Shown: positions 31,116 through 41,033, numbered from the stretch's first letter. The stretch is 64,000 bases of DNA from Candidatus Hydrogenedentota bacterium (GCA_034669905.1 JAXMOL010000025.1:32001-96000), one strand, 5' to 3'. Notes: generated from the sequence alone by a model not told the origin. A program made the numbers and translations.

Positions 31116-31997
31116 ATGCACCCTAAAATGACGGCCTACCTGCAACTGGCCCGCCTTTCCAATATTCCCACGGTCTTCTCCAATGTCCTCGTGGGCTTTA
31201 CCATCGCCGAATGGTTCGGACCCTACCCCTGGTCGGGCCTCCTGCTGCCCCTCTTCGTGGCCTCCACACTCTACGTGGGCGGCATGGCGCTGAACGACCT
31301 CCTCGACCGTCACATCGATGCGAAGGAGCGGCCCCAGCGTCCCATCCCCTCGGGCAGGCTTTCGGTGCGGGAAGTCTCGATCTTCACCGCGCTGTGCTTC
31401 GTGGTCCCCGTGGCCGTGACCGCCTTCCTGATGCCCGGTGCCACAGTTTATGCGATTGCCCTGGCGCTGGCCATCATCTTATACGACGTGCTGCACAAGC
31501 GGTGGAGTGCCTCGCTTATCTTCATGGGACTTTGTCGCGCGTTGGTCTACGCGTTGGCGGCGAGTATGTACACCGGCGCAGAGAAGGCCCCCATGTACAT
31601 GCAACCCGTTCTCCTTCTCGGCGCAATCCTCGCCCTCTACATCATCGGCCTGACGGTTATCGCTCAAAAAGAAGTCCAGGGGGGCCTCGGCTTCCGCCGT
31701 TGGCTTGCCGTAGGCATGATTGGCCTTCCCTTTTTGATTTTGTTGAGCTACGAGACGCAACACCCAATTTGGACCCTAGCGACCGGCATCACCCTCTCTC
31801 TTTGGCTCGCCCGTTCCGCGCGATTCATTCGTATGGAGCCGCCGAAAGTGGTCCCGGCCGTACTCGGATGGCTCGCGGGCATTTCGCTTATTGACGCCTT
31901 TTTCCTCACCTTTACCCACCGACCTGAACTGTCCCTCGTGGCCTTCGGCTGTTTTGCCGTTACGGTCTGGGGCCACCGAAAGATTGCTGGCACATGA
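31116..31997 (+). CDS. eboC: EboC-like UbiA prenyltransferase
   Basis: LQLARLSNIPT, GGMALNDLLDRHIDAKERPQRPIPSG, YD, MGLCR. Confidence 0.88.
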   Translation: MHPKMTAYLQLARLSNIPTVFSNVLVGFTIAEWFGPYPWSGLLLPLFVASTLYVGGMALNDLLDRHIDAKERPQRPIPSGRLSVREVSIFTALCFVVPVAVTAFLMPGATVYAIALALAIILYDVLHKRWSASLIFMGLCRALVYALAASMYTGAEKAPMYMQPVLLLGAILALYIIGLTVIAQKEVQGGLGFRRWLAVGMIGLPFLILLSYETQHPIWTLATGITLSLWLARSARFIRMEPPKVVPAVLGWLAGISLIDAFFLTFTHRPELSLVAFGCFAVTVWGHRKIAGT

Positions 31998-33382
31998 GTA
32001 CACACCACCCCACTGCGGTCCTCCTCACGGTGGGCCTCAACGAGTCCCTCATCGGCGACCACTGTCCCCGCATTCGCGATTTCATGGCGCAGGGCGCCAA
32101 GCACCACCTGAAACCCAGCTTCCCCGCCGTTACCACCACGGTCCAATCTTCCATGCTCACGGGCACGCCGCCGAATGAGCACGGCATCGTGGGGAACGGC
32201 TGGTACAACCGCGAGATGGCGGAAATCCAATTCTGGAAACAATCCAACCACCTCGTGCAACGTCCCAAGGTGTGGGAGACCGCCCGGGAACGGGACCCTT
32301 CGTGCACCACCCTCAATATGTTCTGGTGGTACAACATGTATTCCTCCGTGGACCACTCCGTCACGCCGCGCCCCATTTACAAGGCGGATGGACGGAAGAT
32401 TCCCGACTGTTATTCCCACCCGCAGAATCTTCGGGATGAGTTGCAGGCCGAGCTGGGCACCTTTCCCCTTTTTAACTTCTGGGGACCTGCGTCGTCGATT
32501 GTTTCGACCCAGTGGATTGCCGATGCGACTATCTACTGCCACAAAAAGCAGCAGCCCGGCCTGACCTTGGTCTATCTCCCCCACCTCGACTATTGCCTGC
32601 AAAAGCTCGGGCCCAATCACGCGGAGATCCCCAAATACGTCGCGGAGCTCGACGGGGTTGTGGGCCAATTGCTCGACTATTTTCAGGGCGCAGGCGTGCG
32701 CCCCATGATTGTGAGCGAATATGGCATCGAAGAAGTGGACGACGCCATTCATGTGAACCGACACCTCCGCGAAGACGGGGCCATCAGCCTGCGCGTGGAA
32801 GAAGACCTGGAGCTCCTCGATGCCGGGGCCAGTGATGCCTTTTGTGTAGCCGACCACCAGGTGGCCCATGTCTATGTGAAGGATCCGGCGCGCATCGACT
32901 ACTACCGCGAGCTCTGCGCGAAGATTCCCGGCGTGGAGCAGGTCCTCGACCGTGCGGGACAGGCGGCCCTCCACCTGGACCACGAACGAAGCGGCGACCT
33001 GGTGCTCATCAGCGAATCCCGCCGTTGGTTCAGCTATTACTACTGGCAGGACGACGCCCGGGCCCCCGACTTTGCGCGGTGTGTGGACATCCATCGCAAA
33101 CCCGGCTATGACCCGGTGGAGCTTTTCCTCGACCCCAAGCTTACCCTGCCGCCAGCCCACATTGTGTGGCGGCTCCTGAAAAAGAAGCTCGGCTTCCGCA
33201 CGCTCATGGATCTCATCCCGCTGGACACCCGTCTCGTGCAAGGTTCTCATGGGCGGGTAGACCTGCCGAGGGCACTGCAGCCTTTGCTGCTGACCCAGTC
33301 CCCCCTCGATGGACTGGAGGAATCCCTGCCCTGCGAAGGGGTTCGTGACGTCATTTTGCGGCATTTGTTTGAGGGTGTATAG
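31994..33382 (+). CDS. eboF: EboF-like alkaline phosphatase/nucleotide pyrophosphatase
   Basis: FPAVTTTVQS, HGIVGNGWY, FWKQSNHLV, YLPHLDY, SEYGI, DHQVAH, VDIHRKPGYDP, GSHG. Confidence 0.92.
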   Translation: MSTHHPTAVLLTVGLNESLIGDHCPRIRDFMAQGAKHHLKPSFPAVTTTVQSSMLTGTPPNEHGIVGNGWYNREMAEIQFWKQSNHLVQRPKVWETARERDPSCTTLNMFWWYNMYSSVDHSVTPRPIYKADGRKIPDCYSHPQNLRDELQAELGTFPLFNFWGPASSIVSTQWIADATIYCHKKQQPGLTLVYLPHLDYCLQKLGPNHAEIPKYVAELDGVVGQLLDYFQGAGVRPMIVSEYGIEEVDDAIHVNRHLREDGAISLRVEEDLELLDAGASDAFCVADHQVAHVYVKDPARIDYYRELCAKIPGVEQVLDRAGQAALHLDHERSGDLVLISESRRWFSYYYWQDDARAPDFARCVDIHRKPGYDPVELFLDPKLTLPPAHIVWRLLKKKLGFRTLMDLIPLDTRLVQGSHGRVDLPRALQPLLLTQSPLDGLEESLPCEGVRDVILRHLFEGV

Positions 33383-33501
33383 GGACCATGGGATCCCTTC
33401 CTCGTCCAAAACGGTTCGACCATAGGTTTTATTCAGACCAAACTGTGCTAGAATCGAACACTGCAACGTGTGTTGAAGCATGGTAGAAACGGGGTACAAA
33501 T

Positions 33502-34725
33502 ATGGAATGCAAGTTGGAATCGCGAAGAATCGAGGAGTTAACGGATTACGTATTGGAGATGAAGCGGCTCCGATTCGAGGCGAAACGATTCGACCATAAT
33601 GGGGACGCCCTTGGTAGACTCGGGAAAGTCCTCTGTGAGCTCGCGCAGGTGATGGACAAGTGGTACCGTGACCAGACGCGTATTCTGGAAATTACCGAAA
33701 AGATCAATCAGGGCATATTTCTCAACGATGTGCTTGACTATGTATATGACACATTCCGCCCGGTCATTCCCTATGATCGCATCGGCTTTGCCCTCGTCGA
33801 AGAGGACAACCGGGTTGTACGCTCCTATTGGTCCCGATCGGATTTCCGAGAGATACGCATCGGAGTCGGTTACGCTCAGAAGCTGGAGGGAAGCAGCCTG
33901 TCCAAAATCCTGGAAACGGGAGAATGCCGGGTCCTCAATGATCTGGAAGCCTACTATCAAGATCATCCCAAGTCTGATTCAACACGATTAATTCTGGCGG
34001 AAGGGATCCGGTCCAGTTTGACCTGCCCGCTTTTCGCCATGGGAAGACCCATAGGCTTCGTCTTTTTTTCCAGTAAATTCAAAAATACCTACGAGCACAT
34101 CCATCAGGATCTCTTCGGGCGCATCGCCAGCCAGCTCGCGGTCATCGTCGAAAAAAGCCGACTCTACGAGGATCTCCACCGTCTCAATGCAGAATTGCTG
34201 GAGGCCCGAAACAGCCTGGAGCACCAGGCATCCCACGATGGGTTAACCGGGCTTTGGAACCACAATGCCATATTGGAATGCCTGGACACGGCGGTCGCCC
34301 AGGCAAATCGTTCGAAAGGTTTCTTCGCGGTCATCATGGCCGACATCGACCATTTCAAGGCACTGAATGACCGATATGGCCACCAGGTGGGCGATGTCGT
34401 ATTGAAAGAGGTGGCACGCCGTTTGGCCCATGCGGCACGTCGGGGGGATATTGTCGGCCGCTATGGCGGTGAAGAGTTTCTAATCGTACTCTCTCACTCC
34501 AGTATAGCGGGCGCTAAGAACGCTGCCGAACGGTATCGCAACGCCATCGCCAACACGCCAGTAACGGTTGAAGGGGTGGAGATTTCCGTAACCATCAGTC
34601 TTGGGGTCAGCATCTCCTCCGATCCCGATTCACTGGATGGGGAGACAATCTTAAAGTCCGCGGACAAGGCACTCTATGGGGCAAAGAATACCGGGCGCGA
34701 CTGTATTGAAGTGGATTCGATTTAG
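33502..34725 (+). CDS. GAF-GGDEF diguanylate cyclase
   Basis: GAF region; HDGLTGLWN, DIDHFKALNDRYGHQVGD, RxxD I-site RRGD, RYGGEEF. Confidence 0.93.
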   Translation: MECKLESRRIEELTDYVLEMKRLRFEAKRFDHNGDALGRLGKVLCELAQVMDKWYRDQTRILEITEKINQGIFLNDVLDYVYDTFRPVIPYDRIGFALVEEDNRVVRSYWSRSDFREIRIGVGYAQKLEGSSLSKILETGECRVLNDLEAYYQDHPKSDSTRLILAEGIRSSLTCPLFAMGRPIGFVFFSSKFKNTYEHIHQDLFGRIASQLAVIVEKSRLYEDLHRLNAELLEARNSLEHQASHDGLTGLWNHNAILECLDTAVAQANRSKGFFAVIMADIDHFKALNDRYGHQVGDVVLKEVARRLAHAARRGDIVGRYGGEEFLIVLSHSSIAGAKNAAERYRNAIANTPVTVEGVEISVTISLGVSISSDPDSLDGETILKSADKALYGAKNTGRDCIEVDSI

Positions 34726-34939
34726 TTTGCGTGCGCTGATTGGGTTTCCTGCGCGGAGTCAGGCACGTCTTCATTCTGACGCTTCGCCCTGCACGCTGGA
34801 AAATCGACCGTTCGATTCGTAATCGTAATTACCCCCGGAAGGCACCCACGTACCGCTATTCAAAGCGCGATGGAGCATGCTATACCCGACGGGATGAATA
34901 AACCCGGCCCGCGGTTGTATTGCCAGGAAGGAGGCAATC

Positions 34940-36310
34940 ATGACGGCAATCGGAAAACTTCGGACGATCCTTTCAATCGCTATCGCACTCGTTCCCTGCG
35001 TACAGGCCTTTACAGCAGAACGGCCCGCGCTCCCCACACTCGATGACTATCCCAACGAGGTGGTGACCTATGTGATGAAACGCTTTGAAGCGGAACGGGA
35101 CGCCCTGCGGGAAAAGGGCATCCCTCGGGACGACGACGGCATCATTGCCTGGGAAGACTGTGGCCCCGCGATTAACAACGCCCACAAGGTCTATCTTCAG
35201 GCCTTCAAGGCCGCCACGCTTTCCGAAAAGCGGAAACTCTTGCTGGAGGCGACCGCTATGCCGTGCTTTGAGTTCCCATCCGGGGGCAATGGGCTTCATC
35301 TCGACTATCTCGGTGATCTGCGAAACGGTGCGCGCATCCTGTCCAATGAGGCGGTGCTCTGTGCCGCGCAGCAGGATGGAGAAGGTGCCGTCACTATGCT
35401 GTCCGCCGGCTATGGCTTGCTCGCCCACCATGCCCGAGCACCCACGATGCTGGTCTACCTCACCCGAATCGCGTGCCAGGGCCTCCTTGATGAGGCCCTT
35501 CGCGCCACCCTCGCCACCCAGACGCTGAGTGACGGGCAATTGAAACGACTCGATGAGGCGGTCGCCATGGCCACGCGCCCGGACACTTTGGCTCGTGTGT
35601 GGCTCTATGAGGAATCCACTGCGCGCGGCACCGACCCCTTGAAGCAACTTGAAACGGTCTATATCACGGAAGCGGAGAGCCAGGCGCAACTCCTGATAGC
35701 CCGAACTGCCATTGCCATCGAGCGGCACTTGTTGGAACACGGTACGTTGCCCGATTCGCTGGATGCGGTGGTGCCCACCTATCTACCGACGGTCCCCATA
35801 GACCCGCTCTCTGGCGATGCCTTGGGCTACCGGAAGAACGACAAGGGCTACGCCGTCTACAGCGTGGGAAAAGATGGTGTCGCCCCGGAAAATCCCCTGG
35901 CAGCACACGGAGAAGCATCCAATTCGGAACGCACCCTTCTAGTGCTACCCGTCGTGAAGAAAAATGCTTCGCGCGCCGAATTCCCGTGGTCTACGTTGTA
36001 TGAGCCTGACGCTAAGAATAGCCGTAAGGACAAACGGGCTATCAAAGCGGTGTTTGGTGTCATCGATTTGCGACAAACCTGCGGTGCCACCGCTGCGGTG
36101 GTGCTCTTTGCTGGTCCTTTGGACGGTGGCACGGCCGTGCTCATTGACAGTTGCGAAGACGCGGAACGGAAGCGCCCCGTCCAAGCCGCATTTTGGGTGC
36201 ATGACGAGCGTATCTATGTCGTTAACGATTGGGCCAGAGAACTTGCGGGGGATTTGCCTGAGAGCCCCTCACACATCGACTTCGATGCAGTGCGGGATGT
36301 GGTGCGGTGA
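34940..36310 (+). CDS. Hypothetical secreted protein with GspG-like C-terminal motif
   Basis: Signal peptide; AIERHLLEHGTLPDSL...PIDPLSG...YSVGKDG. Confidence 0.6.
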   Translation: MTAIGKLRTILSIAIALVPCVQAFTAERPALPTLDDYPNEVVTYVMKRFEAERDALREKGIPRDDDGIIAWEDCGPAINNAHKVYLQAFKAATLSEKRKLLLEATAMPCFEFPSGGNGLHLDYLGDLRNGARILSNEAVLCAAQQDGEGAVTMLSAGYGLLAHHARAPTMLVYLTRIACQGLLDEALRATLATQTLSDGQLKRLDEAVAMATRPDTLARVWLYEESTARGTDPLKQLETVYITEAESQAQLLIARTAIAIERHLLEHGTLPDSLDAVVPTYLPTVPIDPLSGDALGYRKNDKGYAVYSVGKDGVAPENPLAAHGEASNSERTLLVLPVVKKNASRAEFPWSTLYEPDAKNSRKDKRAIKAVFGVIDLRQTCGATAAVVLFAGPLDGGTAVLIDSCEDAERKRPVQAAFWVHDERIYVVNDWARELAGDLPESPSHIDFDAVRDVVR

Positions 36311-36321
36311 AAGGTGCCCAC

Positions 36322-36659
36322 GGGACTGTCCGCGATTGATATGTAGGTGGGAAAGGTCAACGATGCGCCGAAGGCGGAGACTGTACCGGCTGTTTGTCGT
36401 GTCTTGGGTATGTCTGGCCAACCCGACGTCAACTGACACTGCCGGGACAGCCTCACGCATTGGCGTCTATGCTCCGTCCATGACGGGGATGGCTATTGGG
36501 GCGTTGTCTGGGCAAACAGCCTGATGGCTTTTGCGTGGAGGCAGTCCCGTGGGACTGTCATCTCCTTCCCCTCAGGCGAAGATGGGACTGTACCGGCAGT
36601 ATGTCGTGTCTCGGGCATCTCTCGCCGACCTGCCGTCAACTGACACGGCCGGGACTGTC
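36322..36659 (+). mobile_element. One complete and one truncated tripartite REPIN-like element, upstream of RAYT
   Basis: M1 36377, M2 36438, M3 36533; then lead 36551, M1 36584 and half of M2 at 36645. Confidence 0.85.
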
Positions 36660-36713
36660 ATGGCTTGGATATCTTTCACGGTCGCAAGGTCTATTGACGC
36701 GACGACAAGTCTC

Positions 36714-36742
36714 TTGACATATCCAGAGTCGCTTGGCATCTT
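36714..36742 (+). promoter_or_regulatory. Promoter for the RAYT gene (probably leaderless)
   Basis: TTGACA-17 bp-CATCTT with extended TG, 6 nt before the ATG; no SD. Confidence 0.55.
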
Positions 36743-36748
36743 ATATAG

Positions 36749-37384
36749 ATGCCGAGAACAGCACGCATAGTAATCCCCGGCGTCGCGCACCACATTACAC
36801 AGCGGGGCAACAACAGACAGACGGTTTTCCTCGATGATGAAGACCGTCTCAAGTATCTATTGCTCCTTACCCACTACCACGAGCTTCATGGACTTCGTCT
36901 CCTCGCTTACTGCCTGATGGACAATCACATTCATATCGTCGGTGTCCCCCAAGAGAAGACATCGCTGGCAAAAACGTTGGGCCGTGTCCACTTCCAATAC
37001 ACCACCTACTTCCAGCAAAAGTATCACGCCAGTGGGCATCTCTGGCAGAATCGATTTTATTCCTGCCCGATGGATGAGGACTACACAATCAATGCCATTG
37101 CCTATGTAGAACTAAACCCAGTACGAGCCGGAATGACAACCTTCGCGTGGGATTATCCGTGGTCCAGTGCACCTGCCCACTGCACGGTCGACGCATCCAG
37201 TCCCCTGCTGCATCTGGAGCGGTGGCGCTCTCGGTTTACCGTGGACGTCTGGCGCGACAACCTGTTGGATACACTCGGTCGGACCGAGGTTTTCGGGGCG
37301 ATACGTGAGCATTGTAAGCGAGGCAAGCCACTGGGAAATGCCACGTTTCAGAAAGAAGTTCTGGCGCGATTGAAGGAAGGTTGA
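36749..37384 (+). CDS. REP-associated tyrosine (Y1/HUH) transposase, RAYT-like
   Basis: MPRTAR...HHITQRGNNRQ, YCLMDNHIH (HUH), GHLWQNRF, YVELNPVRAG, YPWSS; flanked by repeats. Confidence 0.88.
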   Translation: MPRTARIVIPGVAHHITQRGNNRQTVFLDDEDRLKYLLLLTHYHELHGLRLLAYCLMDNHIHIVGVPQEKTSLAKTLGRVHFQYTTYFQQKYHASGHLWQNRFYSCPMDEDYTINAIAYVELNPVRAGMTTFAWDYPWSSAPAHCTVDASSPLLHLERWRSRFTVDVWRDNLLDTLGRTEVFGAIREHCKRGKPLGNATFQKEVLARLKEG

Positions 37385-37390
37385 GTCTGC

Positions 37391-37591
37391 AGGACTGCTC
37401 TAATGTACGCCGACGGCGGAAAATGTACCGGCTGTACGCCACGTCTCGAATCTCTCGCGGAAAACCCATCGTCAACTGACACGGCCGGTACAGCCTCACG
37501 CATTGGCGTCTATGCTGCGTTCGTAACGGGGATGACTATGTGGGCGTTGTCTGGACAAACAAGACGATGGATTTTGCGTGGAGGCAGTCCC
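37391..37591 (+). mobile_element. Tripartite REPIN-like element downstream of RAYT
   Basis: Direct repeat of 36377-36548; M2 at 37481, M3 at 37576. Confidence 0.85.
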
Positions 37592-40054
37592 TTAGGGCGT
37601 AAACACCAGGGTCGACTCCAGGTTTTCTGCCACCGCTTCGGGGGTGCTGTGTAACACCCGGTACTCGCCAGCGATGAACAGTTCCGCCTGGTCGTCGTAG
37701 TGGGGGCTCATGAAGTTTCCGGAATTACCCGTGGGCAGAATTCCATAGACCTGGTCCGGCGTGGCGAAGTCCACAAGCCGCCGGGTCGATGGTCCCGCGA
37801 TGACGTCAAAGTTCAGCGCGCCCGCGCCGTAGAGCATGTTGTTCACCTGCTGGGCGCCGCCGGACACGGGGAAGGGCCCCACGTTGAAGATACCGCCCAG
37901 CCCCGGCACCAATCCGAAGGGGTGGGTGAACTCGAGTTGGTGCAGGGCCCCCCATTCCCATTCATCCACCTCATCCCCCAACGTATCTTCCAGATAGGCC
38001 ACCGCTTCTCGAAACGCCTGCGTGATAATCTCCTCGCGGTTTTCTTCTTCTGGCGTCGTCGTGTTATCCCAAAAGGCCGATTCGGGCGTCTGCATGAACC
38101 ATTTAAAGAAATTCCAATGGTCCGCGAGCGAGCCGTAGGTATTGAAGTAGGTCTCCCCCATTTCATCGAGGAGCGCCTCCCGCATGATCATGGTGCATAG
38201 CAGCTGATAGATAGCGGCCCCCGCAGCATCGGCACCGTGCTCGAAGTCCCACCCCTTGAGCACCTCGAAGACTTCCGATTCCATCGCGGGAAGTTCCCTC
38301 CCCTCAAGACTCGCCACGGCCACCGCGATAATATCCGGTGCGGCCAGGGCACGGGCGTCCAACTGAATGGCCTGAAGTTCCTCCAGCGACCAGGTCTCTT
38401 GCTCGGCCAAACGTTCCTCGATACGTCCCGCGCGGTCTCCCGGCTGCCAATAGCCTTCCAGGTCTCTCACGGCACCCACGGGCTTCACGGTGGACTTGTT
38501 GTTTGCCGTCACGATGTAGCCCCACGGGGGATTGCGGAGATGGGGATTCTCGGCGAAGGGCACGAAGCCCAGTCGTTCATCCTTCCCCGAAGCGCCATCC
38601 AAGAGGGCCTTATTGTCCACGTGTTCTGGTCGCACGGGAATACGTCCCGCAGCCCACCAGGCAATGTTGTCGTTGACATCGGCATAGGAAACGTTGATAC
38701 CGGGCGACGTGACCAGGGGCATGGCGGCAGCAAACTCTTCATAACTCGTGGCCCGGCCCATCTTGTAGAAGGCGACCATGTCGGTGTACTCCACCTGCTG
38801 CCACACCCAGGAGAGGGAAACATCGGGACCCTCGTAGTCGAAGAGGGCCTTGAGCAGGTCGGTCACCACGGGGCCATGGGGGGTGCGGCGCAGTGTGATG
38901 GGCACGTCTTCCCCCCACCGCACGTGTATGACCTCTTCAGCGCATTCCACCGTCACCCATTCGCCCTTATACATGACCTGACTGGGATCGTCTTCCTTAA
39001 AGGTTTCCCGGTAGAGGTCCACGTCGTCATTGGCGAACATGGTCAGTCCCCAGGCATGGTGTCGGTTCTGTCCGAGCAGGGGCAGGGGCACGAGGGGAAG
39101 ATAGTAGCCATAGAGCTCATGGTCGGGCAGGGTGATCTGGGCTTCATACCATATGGATGGATTGGTAAAGCCAATGTGGGGATCGTTGGCCAGGATGGCC
39201 TTACCCGATTTCGTGCGCGACGGACCCAATAGCCAGGAGTTGCTGCCCAAGGCCGGCCCGTAGCGCTCCGAAATGGGATTGAGCACGCCAAGCAGGGCAT
39301 CCAGACCCACGAGGGACGCTTTGGCCTCAGGGGCAGGCAACGCCCCATCGATCTGTCCATCGAGAAAGGCCCGCGCCTCTTCCAGCGTCTCCATGATGGT
39401 GACCGGCGTTTCCTTATGGTAGCCCGGAAAGAGCTCCGACACATCATGATCGGGCAAGCGCTCCTGCAAGAGGCTCTTCAGGGGATCGCCCCGAAGTCCA
39501 TCGGCGAAGGTAATGGGCAGGAGAGCCCCAATGCTCAGACAATCCACGACGGAGAAGGGCTCCGCCGCCATTCCCAAGACCGCGAATTCGAATGGCAGCG
39601 CTTCTTCCGCCAATCGATGGTTAATGCCGTCGGTAAACGCCACCATGAGGGCGAAGAATTCGGGCTCGATACGCTGAAGAACCTCCCGGGTCGACTCCGC
39701 CTTCGAACGCAATTGGAAGGCCCGCGTGAGCGCGTCGACAGGCACGAGTCGACTGCCCAACACTTCGGCGGTGCGCCCATTGGCCAGACGGCGGAGCAGT
39801 TCCATCTGAAAGAGGCGGTCCTGCCCCATGACATAGCCCAATGCGAAGAAGGCATCGCCCTCGTTTTCCGCCTCGATATGGGGCACGCCCCAATTGTCCC
39901 GTCGCACCGTCACCTGGTCGGAAAGGCCCTCGTGACTGACCTTTCCATCCAAGAGGGGCTGACGGGTCCAGGCCAGCCAAAAGAGCCACAGCACCCCCAG
40001 CAGGGAACACAGCACCATTGCCAACACCAATCGCTTGAACCACTTTTTCCACAT
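37592..40054 (-). CDS. Penicillin acylase-family Ntn hydrolase
   Basis: N-terminal TM; RDNWGVPHI, QDRLFQM, nucleophile GSNSW, ANDPH, GNSGN..SPHYDDQ. Confidence 0.93.
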   Translation of the reverse strand: MWKKWFKRLVLAMVLCSLLGVLWLFWLAWTRQPLLDGKVSHEGLSDQVTVRRDNWGVPHIEAENEGDAFFALGYVMGQDRLFQMELLRRLANGRTAEVLGSRLVPVDALTRAFQLRSKAESTREVLQRIEPEFFALMVAFTDGINHRLAEEALPFEFAVLGMAAEPFSVVDCLSIGALLPITFADGLRGDPLKSLLQERLPDHDVSELFPGYHKETPVTIMETLEEARAFLDGQIDGALPAPEAKASLVGLDALLGVLNPISERYGPALGSNSWLLGPSRTKSGKAILANDPHIGFTNPSIWYEAQITLPDHELYGYYLPLVPLPLLGQNRHHAWGLTMFANDDVDLYRETFKEDDPSQVMYKGEWVTVECAEEVIHVRWGEDVPITLRRTPHGPVVTDLLKALFDYEGPDVSLSWVWQQVEYTDMVAFYKMGRATSYEEFAAAMPLVTSPGINVSYADVNDNIAWWAAGRIPVRPEHVDNKALLDGASGKDERLGFVPFAENPHLRNPPWGYIVTANNKSTVKPVGAVRDLEGYWQPGDRAGRIEERLAEQETWSLEELQAIQLDARALAAPDIIAVAVASLEGRELPAMESEVFEVLKGWDFEHGADAAGAAIYQLLCTMIMREALLDEMGETYFNTYGSLADHWNFFKWFMQTPESAFWDNTTTPEEENREEIITQAFREAVAYLEDTLGDEVDEWEWGALHQLEFTHPFGLVPGLGGIFNVGPFPVSGGAQQVNNMLYGAGALNFDVIAGPSTRRLVDFATPDQVYGILPTGNSGNFMSPHYDDQAELFIAGEYRVLHSTPEAVAENLESTLVFTP

Positions 40055-40973
40055 GCGCGAAGCCTCTCTAAATCGGGTACACGGTGCCGAAACAACCGTG
40101 GGTGATGGTATCAGCAATCCCCCGATTTGTACATGACGCGGTTGGACAGCGTTTTTTTTGGTTCATGGATAATCAGTGGGTACCAACAAACCCCACTCTA
40201 CCTAAACAAACTCAACCCCGCAATCGTGCCGCGCGATCCGGTATCCCCGGTTCGTGCGCGGGTCGGGAGATAGGATTAGGTCTCCGCATCAAGGACCAAG
40301 CCCGCCCCAAGCACAATGCACTATTCCCAATGACGTCTTGAAGCCTTCCCATAACGACACAGCCCCCAACGACGTCTCAAAGATCTTCGCACGAACTGGA
40401 GTACCAGATCGCGCGGCACGTCTATGGCTTGTCGTTTCATCGGAAAAAATGCGTGGTGACATGTTTTGCAGGCTCCCATTACCACAACTTCTTAGAGCCA
40501 GCTCTTGTAGTTTTTAACAAAGCTTTCCTATTCATTGCCCATGAACCTTTTTCGGGTGCTGTCCTCCTCCTGCCGTTGTGTGCGAAATACGAAGCCTGCG
40601 GAGTTGACGCAGGATATGGAACGGGCCTTCAGCTCTTGAATGCTGGTATGGGCCCGGTGCATGGGCCGTTGGCCCATGCTGGTATGTTGCCGCGCCCTTG
40701 GCGCTCGTACCGCTACTATTACGAGTCCCTATGGTGCCCAAAGGTCAACCATTACGACACCCGTTGGCTACCATGCAGCGGCCATTGCGAGACCCGGTGG
40801 CGCTCCGGGGAACCAACAGCGCGCTTTCCTATCCGCCCCGGCAGAAAGCCTTGGCAAGCGCAGTCGGGCGGCACGGCCTGAGACATCGTATCGTCGCGTA
40901 GTCGGGATACGATCTATGAGGACGGTACCGGAGTTCAGGAAGTTGCATGGGGCAAATGGTGGACGCTAGGATG

Positions 40974-40989
40974 GCACAATCGATTGTGC
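40974..40989. promoter_or_regulatory. LacI-type operator upstream of the DUF1593 gene
   Basis: Perfect palindrome GCACAATCGATTGTGC directly after a candidate -10 (TAGGAT). Confidence 0.75.
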
Positions 40990-41033
40990 AAACCCTTATA
41001 GTGACTTCAACCTCGATTCACAAGGATAGCTCC

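Noticed and set aside
31748..33499. Long opposite-strand ORFs (also 300-1187, 6196-7563, 18018-19454, 41112-42425, 54752-56179, 57617-58876)
   Set aside because: GC-rich antisense shadows of well-supported genes.
36749..37384. Canonical IS200/IS605 element
   Set aside because: The protein is longer than typical TnpA, has RAYT-like motifs (QRGN, NPVRAG, WSS), has no tnpB and is flanked by multi-copy repeats.
9849..37591. CRISPR array interpretation of the motif-spacer-motif repeats
   Set aside because: Three different motifs, dispersed rather than tandem, spacers related between neighbouring copies, and no cas genes.
40429..40881. 150-aa ORF as a gene
   Set aside because: No SD or recognisable motif, and atypical composition.
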